Below, in pieces: positions 24,101-36,800 of a stretch of DNA of 64,000 nt (the first letter of the stretch is position 1; each line of letters begins with the position of its first letter). The notes beneath the pieces were generated by a model. That model did not search any database. It was given only the letters and a program-made list of their open reading frames with translations, and was not told the origin of the DNA. A program made the position numbers and the translations under genes. The stretch is from assembly GCA_051362555.1 (NCBI GenBank), contig CM120640.1:5456001-5520000 (forward strand). The letters run 5' to 3'. The DNA comes from Lingula anatina (lineage: Eukaryota; Animalia; Brachiopoda).

Positions 24101-24597
24101 TAGCAGATTACTAAAAGTTTTGAGAAAAATTACAGGTGGCCATCATTTATGTTGAAAATAAAACTTTTAATTGATAAAGGCTTTTCTAAGAAGAATCAAT
24201 CATCAAATATAGCATCATTACATATATGATGAAACTCCTGAGTATATGAGCCATATAAAATGCTCTTAATAACTCTGAAATATATATTGTCCTGGTTTGG
24301 TGCCGAAAATGCAACATAGTCAGACTTCATTTTTTGCATAACCAACGGAAAGTAGCTAGCAGCAACAGTTTTGATTGCTTGTTCCAAAATTCATTTTGCT
24401 TGACCTCTCCCTAGATTTGCTGTGGTTCATGATAGAGGGCATTGTAAATGTATTGCCTTGGCTTAGTAAGGTGCAAATATGATGGATTCATGAAAGAATG
24501 TTTTTTCCTTATTTCAGCATATGATGAAGAATTGGACCTTGAACTAGATTTGAGCGATGTCCCGTCCATAAGCACTGAAGACCTAGGATCAGATTGA
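21167..24597 (+). CDS. Uncharacterised coiled-coil protein, possibly CCDC159-like
   Basis: Exons from ATG 21167 (21167-21232, 21714-21959, 22186-22469, 22698-22765, about 23031-23107, 23268-23368, 23558-23637, 23842-24017, 24518-24597). Heptad-rich core LLQDKIEEQGRTIEHLTRTLKRLEQE..LASLIREVHDSKRYVQEECETLRRAV and acidic tail. Confidence 0.75.
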
Positions 24598-26258
24598 AAA
24601 ATGTGAAGTCATGCACCCATGTCATGGTTCAGTCCTTAAGCTCAGTAAAACAAGGTTCAAGATATATTTGAATTTACACCCAAGAATTGTGGACCTTCTT
24701 ATGGAGGGAAAAATTTTGTTGGTATCTTCATACAATTTAGGTTACACTGAGCTTTGCCACAAAACTAGGCAGCATGATAAAAATTGTGAAGTACACTCAA
24801 AACTTTCAAATTACATGAAATGTCATCTTCTTTATTGTGTTTGTTAGACAAAATGCACTCAAATGTAGGTTCTGTTGTGTTATGGACCAAAGGCACATTT
24901 AATCTGCTCACCAATGGCACCACAAAGGCCATCAATGATATCTTTGATACAGTATAGGGCAATCATGGTTGAACTTTATAAAGAACTTGGTATATCAGCA
25001 ATAAGAGGACCATTTATTGTAATAATTTTTTCTTATTTTAATTTTTAAAAAATACTTTCTTAACGCATGTCAATGTACTGTACTTTAGAATTGGGCAGTG
25101 TGAGGGTTCAGGGTTCACTAGTTTATGTCCAGGTTCAGGGTCTCTACCATGCAAGATTCCATAACCTTTATGCAGTGAGTGAATTGTTATTGTTTTTCAC
25201 ATTAATGCATCTTTTTCATATCAAGGTCAACAAGATTTTTTAGAATATTAAATGTTGTAAATGTAACTGTATGAGCACAATTAACTTTCAAAATATTTTA
25301 TTTTATCAAAATCATAGTTCATACATAAATCTTCAAAAAATGTAAAAGTTGATCAGTATTGAATGTTGTATGAAAGGTAAATAGAGAATACCTGCCAATA
25401 TATTTTCAGAACGTCTCAGAATTGAAGCAAATCTTTGTTCTAACTAAAGTCTTGAAAATAACAATTAATTTTAACTGAAACTGTATGATAAAATATTACA
25501 TCAATTAAATATTATGTTTATAAGGTACAATTACACATTTGACAGACTAGAGATTTTACATTTTGTATTTCACCTTCATCATTCATAGAAAAATAAATGT
25601 GTCTAGTTTTAATATCTGCTTCCTTTATTGACATAAAGATTGCCAGTGAAAAAATCTTTACTATAAAGTCCTTGCCCTCCTTGGAAAAATCAGTAGGTAT
25701 AGCTAAAACTATGAAACTTTTAATAGTGGGAGAAAGGTAAGTAAATATAAATTGACTATGATAAATCAGACTTGCGACACTTATCACCAGATCACACTCC
25801 TTGACCAAGACTCAATTTATGAAAATAGTAAGTACTTCAATTACCACAGAAAGAATGCATTTAAAAGAGTAAGAATATTTTTTTATGCAATGTAAGAGAC
25901 ATTACTGGTACTAAACAAAGCAAAATTTATACCATTTATGAAGTCATGGTATTTCTTGTAAGTTTGAGCAAATAAAAATTATCATTTTAAAAACTTTTCA
26001 CTGTTAGATATTTGAATGTTGGCAAAATGACCTACTCATCCCTTTAATAAATTCTGTTGTGTAGATGTAATTAATATCAGATTTTACTAAATATATTTGT
26101 AAACAACTTTGGTAAAAGTTTTGCCTTTTCGTTATTTGTAGGCTCTTTTTTTTTAAAGAGAGATAGTTTCCACAAAATGAAAACAATGTAAACACAACAA
26201 AAATCACTTAATTCTAAAATCTATTTGTCTCTAAAATTTAATAATAAAAATTCCATGG

Positions 26259-29200
26259 TTAAGTTCTAGCTTTTTTGTTCACTTTATCATAGACCTCTGG
26301 AAAAGCTTTCTTGCAATTCAACTGCCCTCTCATCTTGTCATACAAAGTATGGTCAAACATTTCCCGAAACTCCTCTCTTGTCATGTAAGAGTCTGCATAC
26401 AGCATTTGAAAGCTGGAAAATGAATTTTAGTCAATTGTTAAAACTTACAAAGACAAAGTACAGAAATGTGTTAATTGTTTTTTCTTTAGTTTTTTTTTTT
26501 CATTGTGATGGGTTGTCTCCCTATGCAGAATTTTCCATGTTTTGAACAACTTCAAATTTTTTATAATCATTACCTTTACAACAAATTAAGGACAAGACAA
26601 AGGAAAGGAATGAAAAACAAAATATACAGTCTGAACACCCAGAAGTGAATGCTTTGATTGTGAAGCTTGCTAATTAAAGATCAACACCAAACACATAATC
26701 CCACCCTGATCACAACCATGGATGGTTGCCATTTTACCAACTTACCCCTGAACCTTCCTCACAAATTCTTCAATATTCCTGGTTGTCTTCACAGGGTCAA
26801 AGTTGTTAACTTTGGGCTCTCCATATGCTCCTATGTCAACATACATAGCATCCTTGTCTCCTTTGGGATGTACCATGCCAGGCAGGTTAGGCAGATAGAA
26901 TGGACACAGCCAAAGTGGATAAAGCTAGAAAATATGTACCAATTTGATGAAATTGTTGTCATGGCCAATACTGATGCAGACAAAGAATGACAGATAAGTT
27001 GTCATAGAAGGTTGTGATGTTTTACTATTTTTTAAAAGTAAGGTTTCTACACCGAAAGTGCTCTTTTTTAATAGTGTGTATCTCTAGTTCAAAGTAAATT
27101 AGGTAGCTTTCAAGTAAATGGTTGTCACATCATATAATACATAGACAGTCACATTGTAATTATAATCCAACACCTACTGTTTGCAAAAGTCATCTTGTTA
27201 CAGTATCAAAAAGGATAGAATACTTGGTATAAGGTTTAAATTCTGGATGATTCCTAAATGCCAAGAGTAACATGCTTTGTTTGATCTGTATTACAAATAG
27301 ATAACACCTAATCATATATGTATATGACCACGGATTACAAACTTGTCATGCTGGGAAAAGGCTCAACTACAATATATTATAAAGGTCACACACAAAGAAA
27401 ACAAATCAAGATACCTTAACTTCTTTATGGAAACACTTCAATGCACTGCCAAGATCTGCCATAGGAACCAGCATGTCTTGGATCATCTGGTGCTGCTCAT
27501 ACATCCTCTTTATGGTTTCACCTTGGGTTAGTTTTAAAAGAGATATTTTTGGTGGAACCATCCAGCCAAATAAATATCTGAAGACAGGATGGTTACCAAA
27601 GGGAATGATGTCCTGAAATAGAAAATACTTTGAAATTCACTTTTGATCTTCCTGAGAGTTCATTACAGTTTCATTTCTTTTTTTTTTAATTGTTTAGTAT
27701 TTATTTATTTTGATTTGCATTGTATAATATTCATACACCCTGTAACAACAAGAACAGTAACTATATAATGTCTACATGGTTTGTGCCAAAAATATAAGCT
27801 TACTTGCCTTTCAGGGCACCAGGTCTAAGAATTCAATGGCCCAAAGTAACAGTGGTGCGAAAATGTACAAACTTACCAAATTTAACTGAGCAGACCTAAA
27901 TTATATGATGTGGGGTCAGTGGTAGTGTTGCAGACTGTATACACTGCTGAACAGAGAAGAAAAGGCATGGGAGGTAAAAGGTCATGTCCACATTACCTGT
28001 AACTCCCAAAATATACTCCTGGTATGTCTGTGATAATAGTGCCTCAGTGGAATATACTCCACACCAGGTCCTGTCCTGAGAAAACCCTCAACATGTTTGA
28101 AGAACCATGGCTTCCAGAAGTTCCCTATAGAGTTGATCTGAAACAAATCATGAATGTCTGCCATTTTCAATAAATGCCAAAGCTTTTTGAGATATATGAA
28201 AATGTTTTGTTCATTATTTTCAGCAAGTTACAACAAGTTTCAATGAGTTAATTAAAATGAAACTAATTCCTAGCACACCTTGTCTGAGGGAGCATCATCC
28301 GTCATATTTCCAGTCATAATGACTGCTTCATTCTCCGAGTACATCAACCCTTCCACAAACTCATTCCCAGTCTTCTTCTTGGTCTCTTCCTCAAAAACGC
28401 TCAATATCTCATTAAAAGAGTGAACAGGTTTGTACTCCATGCGTAAATATTTCTTGGCTGGAATGATCTTGATGTCAGCAGAAACCAAGAAGCCAAGGGT
28501 GCCATATGACCAGGGTACAGCATAGAACAGATCAGGGTTTTCATCCTAATAATAATAATAATAATATGACATTTAAGTTATCATATACAAATAAAATACA
28601 AATAAATATATAACTCCATAAAAACATTCTACTGTTTTGGGATGGCCTCCTTTAAACTTGTAAAACAAAATTTGTTAAAAATAAAAACAATCAAACAAAT
28701 AAATGTATATTAAAATTTATAAATGAAAATAATATCATCTACGAGCTGAGCAATGAATGACTATATCAATATTTAAACTAAATATTTCAACATGATTAAT
28801 GATTTACCTTGGAGCACTTGACCACACTGCCATCTGCTAACACCAATTCAAAGGCCACACAGCAGTGCTGGAAGAGTCCATACTTGTGTGATGAGGTCTC
28901 AATACCCACACCCATGATCAGCCCACCTAGGTAGCAAGACAAAGATTATACTATGCTGTTCTCTGTTTGTCCGTCTGTAAGTCGGTATGTTAGCCTTAAC
29001 GTCTGCATGTCTATCTGTTTGCTTGTCTGTGTGTATGATTGCTAGCAAAATTCCATTCATTAACACCGCATTTGAAGACTGAATGCATATCTGATACATA
29101 TTGTGTTACACAGATATCAATGGCATTTTCTACTTGGAATATTCTGTACTAACCTACTGTCAAATCATCCAACTCTGGCAGGACAGGAAGAGTCCACCCA

Positions 29201-30503
29201 AGGGGGTTTAAGGTAGCTGTTATCTGCCCCATGGTTGCCAGGGGTTCCACCCTAACCACCTGTCTGTTAGTGGTATCAACCTCCAATATGTCAATCAGGT
29301 TAACGTTAATGTTGCGCATGGTTCTTTTGTAGAGACCTTGACGAAAGCTTACAGTCATCCAGCCTGGTCTTGCAGTGCACATCTGGGTCTGACAGCCATC
29401 AGAGGCCCACTGCTTAACCTGAGAAAGAAACAAAATAAAGACTGTTGCAGAAAGAACTTTCATTTCCAATAAATGTTTATCTGTTTATAAATATTTTGTC
29501 TTTCATATATTACATGTATAATAATATTGGTCTCTCTCCTTGGAGGTAAAAGGCTAAAGAAATTGGCCCTACAATCATTAATAAGTGCTGTAAATTATAA
29601 ACAGCATCCAATACCAAAGAATTTTCATATTGGGTAGACTGAATGGTTCAACTGTAAGGTCCCAGCACCACTGCTCTCCTGAATCGTTACTCCCTTCCCC
29701 TCTACTTTGTTATTATATAACCAATAGCTGGTAAAACATTATGTACATGCAATTATCAATTTTTTAAATTAAATGTATATTCCAAAATGTTGTAAAGACA
29801 TTTTAAAACCATATAAAATCACATTATTAATCATTACAAAAAAAAATTATTATAACAGTTGCAAAAAAATTAAAATAACATTTTAAAAACAGATTTGTGT
29901 TTACTGAGAGAGATGAGTGGGAGTAGCAATGGGTAATATAATTTTGACAGAGAGAGTAACTGTACACCTGTTACTATCCAGGGAAGTAACAGTGTGGGGG
30001 AGTTAAGATGTGGTGATGTAAAGACATGACTTAGGCCTTTTTTTTTTTTTTTTTTTTGTGCCAGCCTCAAATAATGACATGATAGCTCAGAATGAAAAAT
30101 TATAAAAATCTTACAATAAAATACATACTTTTAAAAAGTTTTTTTTAATAACCACTGCCATCAAATTCATGCGCTCGGTGTAACTCCATTTCAACATAAT
30201 TATTGAATATTAGATTAAGGTTTAATTTATCTAAAAAATTAAAGCTTTTACTACTATTTACTAGTATACCTGTCTCTGCACATCCTGCACTTTCTTGTCG
30301 TGGAGCTTGGGTGCACTGTTCAGCTTGAATACAATCCAGTTTCTTACGAAATAAAATACATCATAAATAACTGATATTGGTAGGAGGAAAAAGCATACAA
30401 ATACCCATCTGTAATTGATTAAAATGTACTCCAACCCACGGAACTTAGCCCAGGAGAGGGAAAGAACGACGGGCAGAGCTGCGGCAAGATATAGTAATTC
30501 CAT
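26259..30503 (-). CDS. DHCR24: Delta(24)-sterol reductase
   Basis: Eight exons. [99 protein letters not shown] and C-terminal [15 protein letters not shown]. Confidence 0.97.
28940..29140. repeat. Degraded interspersed repeat with GTCY/GTYT microsatellite (HINE/DINE-like remnant)
   Basis: CTGTTTGTCCGTCTGT..GTCTATCTGTTTGCTTGTCTGT inside a DHCR24 intron. Termini not resolved. Confidence 0.35.
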
Positions 30504-30891
30504 TGCTGTATAACAAAGGTCGTCGTCTCGTTACTAATCAACTCTAGTGCACTCCCTTGCTTTAATGAACCCTATCTTTGAGGCTTGAATGCGGATAACA
30601 AAAGGTCGCTGTCACACCACCGCTCCGGAACATGCCCTAGTCTCGTTATAAAAATGTCTGCACGCTTAAAACAAACAAATTTTATTCTGTAATCGAGGCA
30701 AAAAAGCGGATGTTTCTAACGCTGTCAAGATTTGACCCAGTTTTAATTAGACCAAACATAATAGGTCAAAGGTCGGATAATTCACGCGAGATGTCAAGTT
30801 CCCGCCAAATCTTCACATGTCTAAATTGGGTCAGCGTGCTTGTTGTTTTGCAGAATACTTCCACGTATTGTAGCTTTGTGCAGAAGCAAAA
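30504..30891. promoter_or_regulatory. Bidirectional promoter DHCR24/UHRF1 with SRE-like and E2F sites
   Basis: Only 388 bp between the two ATGs and CpG-rich. GTCACACCAC at 30611-30620 and TTCCCGCCAAA at 30799-30809. Confidence 0.8.
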
Positions 30892-33800
30892 ATGTGGATC
30901 CAGGTGCGGAGCATGGACGGCAAGACTTGCCATCGTATAGATGGTCTGTCGAAGCTGACGAAAATTGAAGATTTGCGCTCCAAACTGGTGGACCCATTCG
31001 ACGCACCGGCTGAAAGACAGCGACTGTTTTACAGGGGAAAACAGGTTGGCCACCCACCCTTGTACTTCCTGACCTTTTGCTTTTAAATTCATTAATATTT
31101 ACAGAGGATTTGCAGAGTTATTGCATGAAAAAAATTGATATTTAACTTTAAAGTAGAAGTCAGGGGAGATGCGGGTGCACTGTGCAGTGGCCCATACAAT
31201 GTTTTAGCTTTTGGATAGCTCAAAAATTGAAGAATAACACTGGCATTGTCCTTCATTGGTTTCAAATATCTCAAAATTGTTAAAAGAGAATTTTGTGTAG
31301 GAAAGATGCTAGTATATCATGCTACCCATATTGCTATAGTTCTTCTTAACCGATTAAATATGTTGATTGTTGCTAACTGGCATTACACTGTTGAGACACC
31401 ATGTGCAGTCTGAATTAATTTTCTATGGTATTAATATTATTTATGAAGTATTTAATTGACAACCTCCAAGTGAAAAGAAAAGAAAAATATGAAGACTACT
31501 ATACTACAATGTAACTCCAAATACACCTCCGTCTAAAACCACGAAACGAGATTTGTTAACCTTATTTTTAGACATCTTGCATGTTTCTGGTTTCACCTTG
31601 ATGGGGGACTTTGTGGTTAAACTCGAATCCAGGATAGCTGGAGTCAATGGGTCACTCTTGTTTCATGCTGGGACTTCGTGCTACCGCTGGTTGCCAATAT
31701 GATTTACATTTGCCTGATAAAAGAGCTATATAATGTTTATTTTCATGTATCATATAATACTTCTGACTAAGAAGTTGATTGCTAAGTATAGACATGCGGA
31801 TAAATATTAACAAAGAATCAATTTAAAATTGATAAACAAAGTTTAAGTTTTTTGTTTTATTTTTCTTCACATCAGCTTGAAGATGGGCACACATTGTTTG
31901 ACTATGATGTTCATCTTAATGATATTGTGCAGCTGATGGTGCGAATGGCTGCACCACCCTGTGAGAAGGAAGTAACAAAGGACACTGAAGAGGTGAACAG
32001 TGAGGATGACAGCAACTCTTCCAACAAGGAGAATGAGGTAATTATGCAGGTTGGCAGATGAATGAAGTGATGGAATTTGTTTGTTATGCATTTCTTTATA
32101 AATTTTTTTTTTCAATAAAATATCACACAAACTGGTATTTTTTTAAACATTTATAAGGTGACAAATTGACAATTTCTTACTTCGTGTATTGTTTCAAGAA
32201 ATTTGCAAAATTAAAAAAAATACAAGGCAGTGATAGTATTAACAAGATAAACGGTTTTGAACTTCTTCGGTCATGTTTTTTCAGCCTGAAAACATGCAGA
32301 CATCTGAACCCTCAACTAGTCAGCATACCACCTCTTCCACTGATAGTGGCTTTGAAGATATGCACTCCACTTACAAGGTAATGGTTTGAAAATATGTATA
32401 AGTAAGTCTTGAAGTGTAAAATAATGTTAACTTTGCAATGTTTAATATTTATAAGTGTGCATTATTGGCCCAGAGGTATTTCAACTGATTTCTAATTAAA
32501 GTCCTGTTAGTAAAATGTGAAGATAAATTGACCCGACTGTGCAATACTTTAATAACTGAGAATAGTGAGCTGATTTTAGCTGGGAATTTATTTTTAAATT
32601 TGATTTCAGGTTGGTGATATAATTGATGCAAGAGACAACACCATGGGTGCATGGTTCGAAGGAAAGATCGTAAAAATAACGAGATTTGTAGATGAAGACT
32701 CCAGTGACAATGAGAGCGTCAAATCTGTAGAGAAGAATAATAACATGAAGGAAGAAAATCCAAAAATATCTCCAACCAATGAAGAAACGGAACAAAGTGA
32801 AGACCTTAAGGTTGATGAAACTCTAGATAAGAATGAATCCACAGCAGAAGTGACAGGAAATAATAATAATATTGAGGAGACAATGGAGGTGGATGACCCA
32901 CAAGATAAAGAAATAACATGTGATAATGTAACAGATCCAAACCCATTAGGAATGTCTACCTCTGATCAACACCAAACCTCTGAAAAAGATCAGGAAGATA
33001 ATACCTCAAACAACGTAAAAGACACAAATGATGCAGGAAACTCGGACCCTGAAGAGGGTGCTTTAACTTCAGTGCAAGGAGAATACCAAAAAGAACAAAA
33101 TGGCAGCTTGTCTATAGGCAATAGTAATACCTCAGAATCCTCAAAAGACCTAATCTCAAAAGTTGAACTTGAGAAAATACCTGACGATGACTTTATTTAT
33201 CATGTTCAGTATGAGGGGTAGGTTAATAAAAATGATAAATATGAATAACTCTGATACTGGAACTTATATTTAGCATGACTGGACATTGCGTTCTACACTT
33301 GATACCATTCAGTAGGTCATGTCTGTAGAGAAGACCTGGATGGACTGGTCACCTGATCCATTGTCATATGGGTAGGCTAGCTAGAAATATCCCAGCCAGG
33401 TCATTTACCCAGTGAAAGGCTCGGGTTGAGACCACATTGTCATATGGGTAGGAATATTCCAGCCAGGTCATTTACCCAGTGAAAGGCTCGGGTTGAGACC
33501 ACATTGTCATATGGGTAGGAATATTCCAGCCAGGTCATTTACCCAGTGAAAGGCTCGGGTTGAGACCATATTGTCATATGTGTAGGAATATTCCATCCAG
33601 GCCATTTACCCAGTGAAAGGCTCGGGTTGAGACCACATTGTCAGTCAGTCTGGCTAAATGTAAGCCCCAGTATCAGTTATACATTTTTCTCATTCTACTG
33701 GATGACTAACAACATTCATTATAAAAGGAGCAGTAAATGATGCTTTTTTTGCTTTTTATTTAGATATTAATTTAATGATAAATGACTTGGTCATTGAATG

Positions 33801-36800
33801 TTTAAAAATATAATCCTTGAACTAAAAAGTTTCTCAATCTTTTATCATGCAACTTGCATAACTATAATTATGCAAGGAGGTATTCAGAATGTATGTCTTT
33901 TTATCATTTCATCAATACATTTCTTCAAAGTTATGAAGAAGAAGAAGACGTAGCTAAAGTGAGAAGCTCTTCTATCAGGCCTAGAGCCCGTAATACTATC
34001 TCACTAAAAGACATACAAGTGAATGATAGGGTTATGGTGAACTTTAACTATGATGAACCCAAGGCAAGGGGGTACTGGTATGATGCCATTATCACGGGAA
34101 AAAGGGACACACGGACTATAAAGGAGTTGTATGCAACTGTGTTCTTAGGGTGAGGATATGATGAGATGCTGTAAATTAAGGGATTTTCCTATGTAAAGAT
34201 ACCGTCTTTTTCTTGTGCCCAGTTTATTTTATTTTGTGACGTTATACTATATAATTAATGACCTCATTGTAATTTGAAGGAAATTTTTTTTTATACAGTT
34301 GGAGTTTACCAGTTGTAGAGGCATGAAGAGTAGTGAAAATGGGTTAAGATTCAATGGTTACATTTCAGAGCTGATCTCATGGCATTAGAGGATTGCAAGA
34401 TTTTATTCATTGATGAGGTATTTGCAATAGAAAAACCAGGTTCCCAGATTAATACAAGTGACCCGGGATCTGCTGCAGCTACCCCAACAAAACGTAAGCA
34501 TTGTTCTGCTCCCAATATTTTTTCATGTGCTATAAAGTTATATTGGTTACAGATATTCTTGTGTTAAATAGACTTAGACGCCTCATTAAATAAGGTAACA
34601 GAAATAGGTAAGTTCTGTATTCCACGAATAAGAATTGAGTACGTTATAAATATTTTACTGTCTAAATATTTTTTTTTTCTTTTGCAGGTCAAAACAAACC
34701 CGAGTGTGATCACTGCTTAGACAATCCCAGAAGGAAATGCAAACACTGTGCCTGTCATGGGTGTGGTGGGAAGAATGACCCAGATAAACAGATTATGTGT
34801 GACGAGTGTGACATGGCCTTCCACCTTGCCTGCCTGGATCCTCCTCTAGAGGCAGTTCCTGATGTAGAGGAATGGTTAGTAAACCATCCCCTTCATTAAA
34901 AGTAGACATAAACAGACTGCTAATAATAATTTGTTGGAATTGGTATATATTTTGATTTAGAAAATGTTCTCATTTGGAATTGTTTTATGCTGACATTATG
35001 TGTGTGTTTGTGTATATAATAATCACCTGTGTTATATGTCTTTATAGTTGTTTTCAATATGTGTTATTTCTATTTTTGCCAAACTACCTTAAAAAAAAAA
35101 TCGAAATTATGGGGAAGTATTGTTTGGTGTTGAATAAGATCAAGTTATGAAATAGCAACTTCACGTTTGTGTACATGTGTAATCCCTTAGCTGAATGAAA
35201 AGTTTGCCAGAAAAAAGTTGATTGCTGCAAATTTGAACTTTGCTAATACCCCCTTTACACTGGACGGCGTCCTTTCTGCGTCCTCTCTGCGACCATGAAA
35301 TTTGGCATCGCTGTGGTCTTAATAAGGAGGCACGAGCATTAATTTTGTATCAGAATGAATGCTCAATGATCGGCCAGTTGTCGGCACGTAAAATATTATA
35401 ATTTTTAAACTCTCAAATGGGGCCGGACTGCTGGACGCAGAAAGGACGCCGTCCAGTGTAAAGGGGGCTTAAGGGACATCTGTATATAAATGACTGTTTC
35501 TTTTTAAAATCATTCTTCAGAAAATCTCATATTGTTCTGTTGTTGTAAAAAGTTTGGATTTTTCATCCAGGTATTGTCCTTTGTGCAAGAATGATGAAAG
35601 CGAAGTAGTGAAGGCAGGAGAAAAACTAAAACAGAGTAAGAAGAAATCAAAAATGGCATCAGCAAACAGTACAGCACAACGGGATTGGGGGAGGGTAAGA
35701 TTTACATGTTATTATTAATAAAATATATTAATATAACATAGATGAAATGCGTGCTCACCATAATTATGGTATTTTGAAACAAACCTGTAAAAAGATTAGC
35801 AATATTGTGCATCAGTATAATACTTGTCTGTTTCACCAGGGTATGGCTTGTGTTGGAAGAAGCAAGATCTGCAACATTGTCCCCCCCAATCACTTTGGTC
35901 CCATTCCAGGTATTGAAGTGGGAACCACTTGGAAGTTCAGGGTCCAGGTAAGTACTGAGATATAACATTAAAGAGAGTGACCTGGGAGTTTTTTCTGTGT
36001 GATAATAGTTATTGTGGGTATGTTAAAACAGCCTTGTGAATTGAAGCATCTTTAGAATCTTTCTGAATCTGATGACCAAACTGCTTAACATGTGGTTTAG
36101 AAACGTAATGAGCAATGGAGGTCTGAAGGTGACATGAGTGTTCATCTAGTTCATATTTCAAGCTTTCTAAATTCATATTACCATGAAGTGTTCACACTTA
36201 CTACTGTGGTATGCTTGCAAGTCTGTACACCAGGCTATTCTTGAGGAAGGTATGAATTGTTGATAAAGAATATTTTTTAGGTGTCATTGTATACTTGCAG
36301 GTGAGCGAGGCAGGTGTTCATCGTCCTCATGTTGCTGGCATTCATGGGAGAGATGTAGAAGGGGCATATTCTATTGTGCTGTCAGGAGGATATGAAGATG
36401 ATGAGGTATGAAGAGCACGCATTAAATTTGACATCAAAAGTGAGAAAATTAATATTGCTGGTGGTGCACTTATGCATTCATTTTGAACTCATTAAAAGAA
36501 AAATTTTGACAGGCAATAAATTTAGTAAAAATATTTTCAGGATAATGGTGACACCTTCTATTACACTGGAAGTGGAGGCAGAGACTTGTCTGGAAATAAA
36601 CGCACAGCTGAACAATCCTGTGATCAGACACTCACAAGAACCAACAGGTAAACTAAAGCAGAATTGTGCTACTCTCTTCATATCTCAATTGGGCTTATTG
36701 TTTTGACAATTTTCACACTGTTTTTACATCTGGTAAAATCATGTACATAGATAAATCATGGTCTCTAAACATTGTGACGGTATCAATCAAGATAATGTAT

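Noticed and set aside
33359-33643. CRISPR array or hammerhead ribozyme repeats
   Set aside because: Units are contiguous with no unique spacers, there are no cas genes, and neither strand has a CTGANGA..GAAA core.
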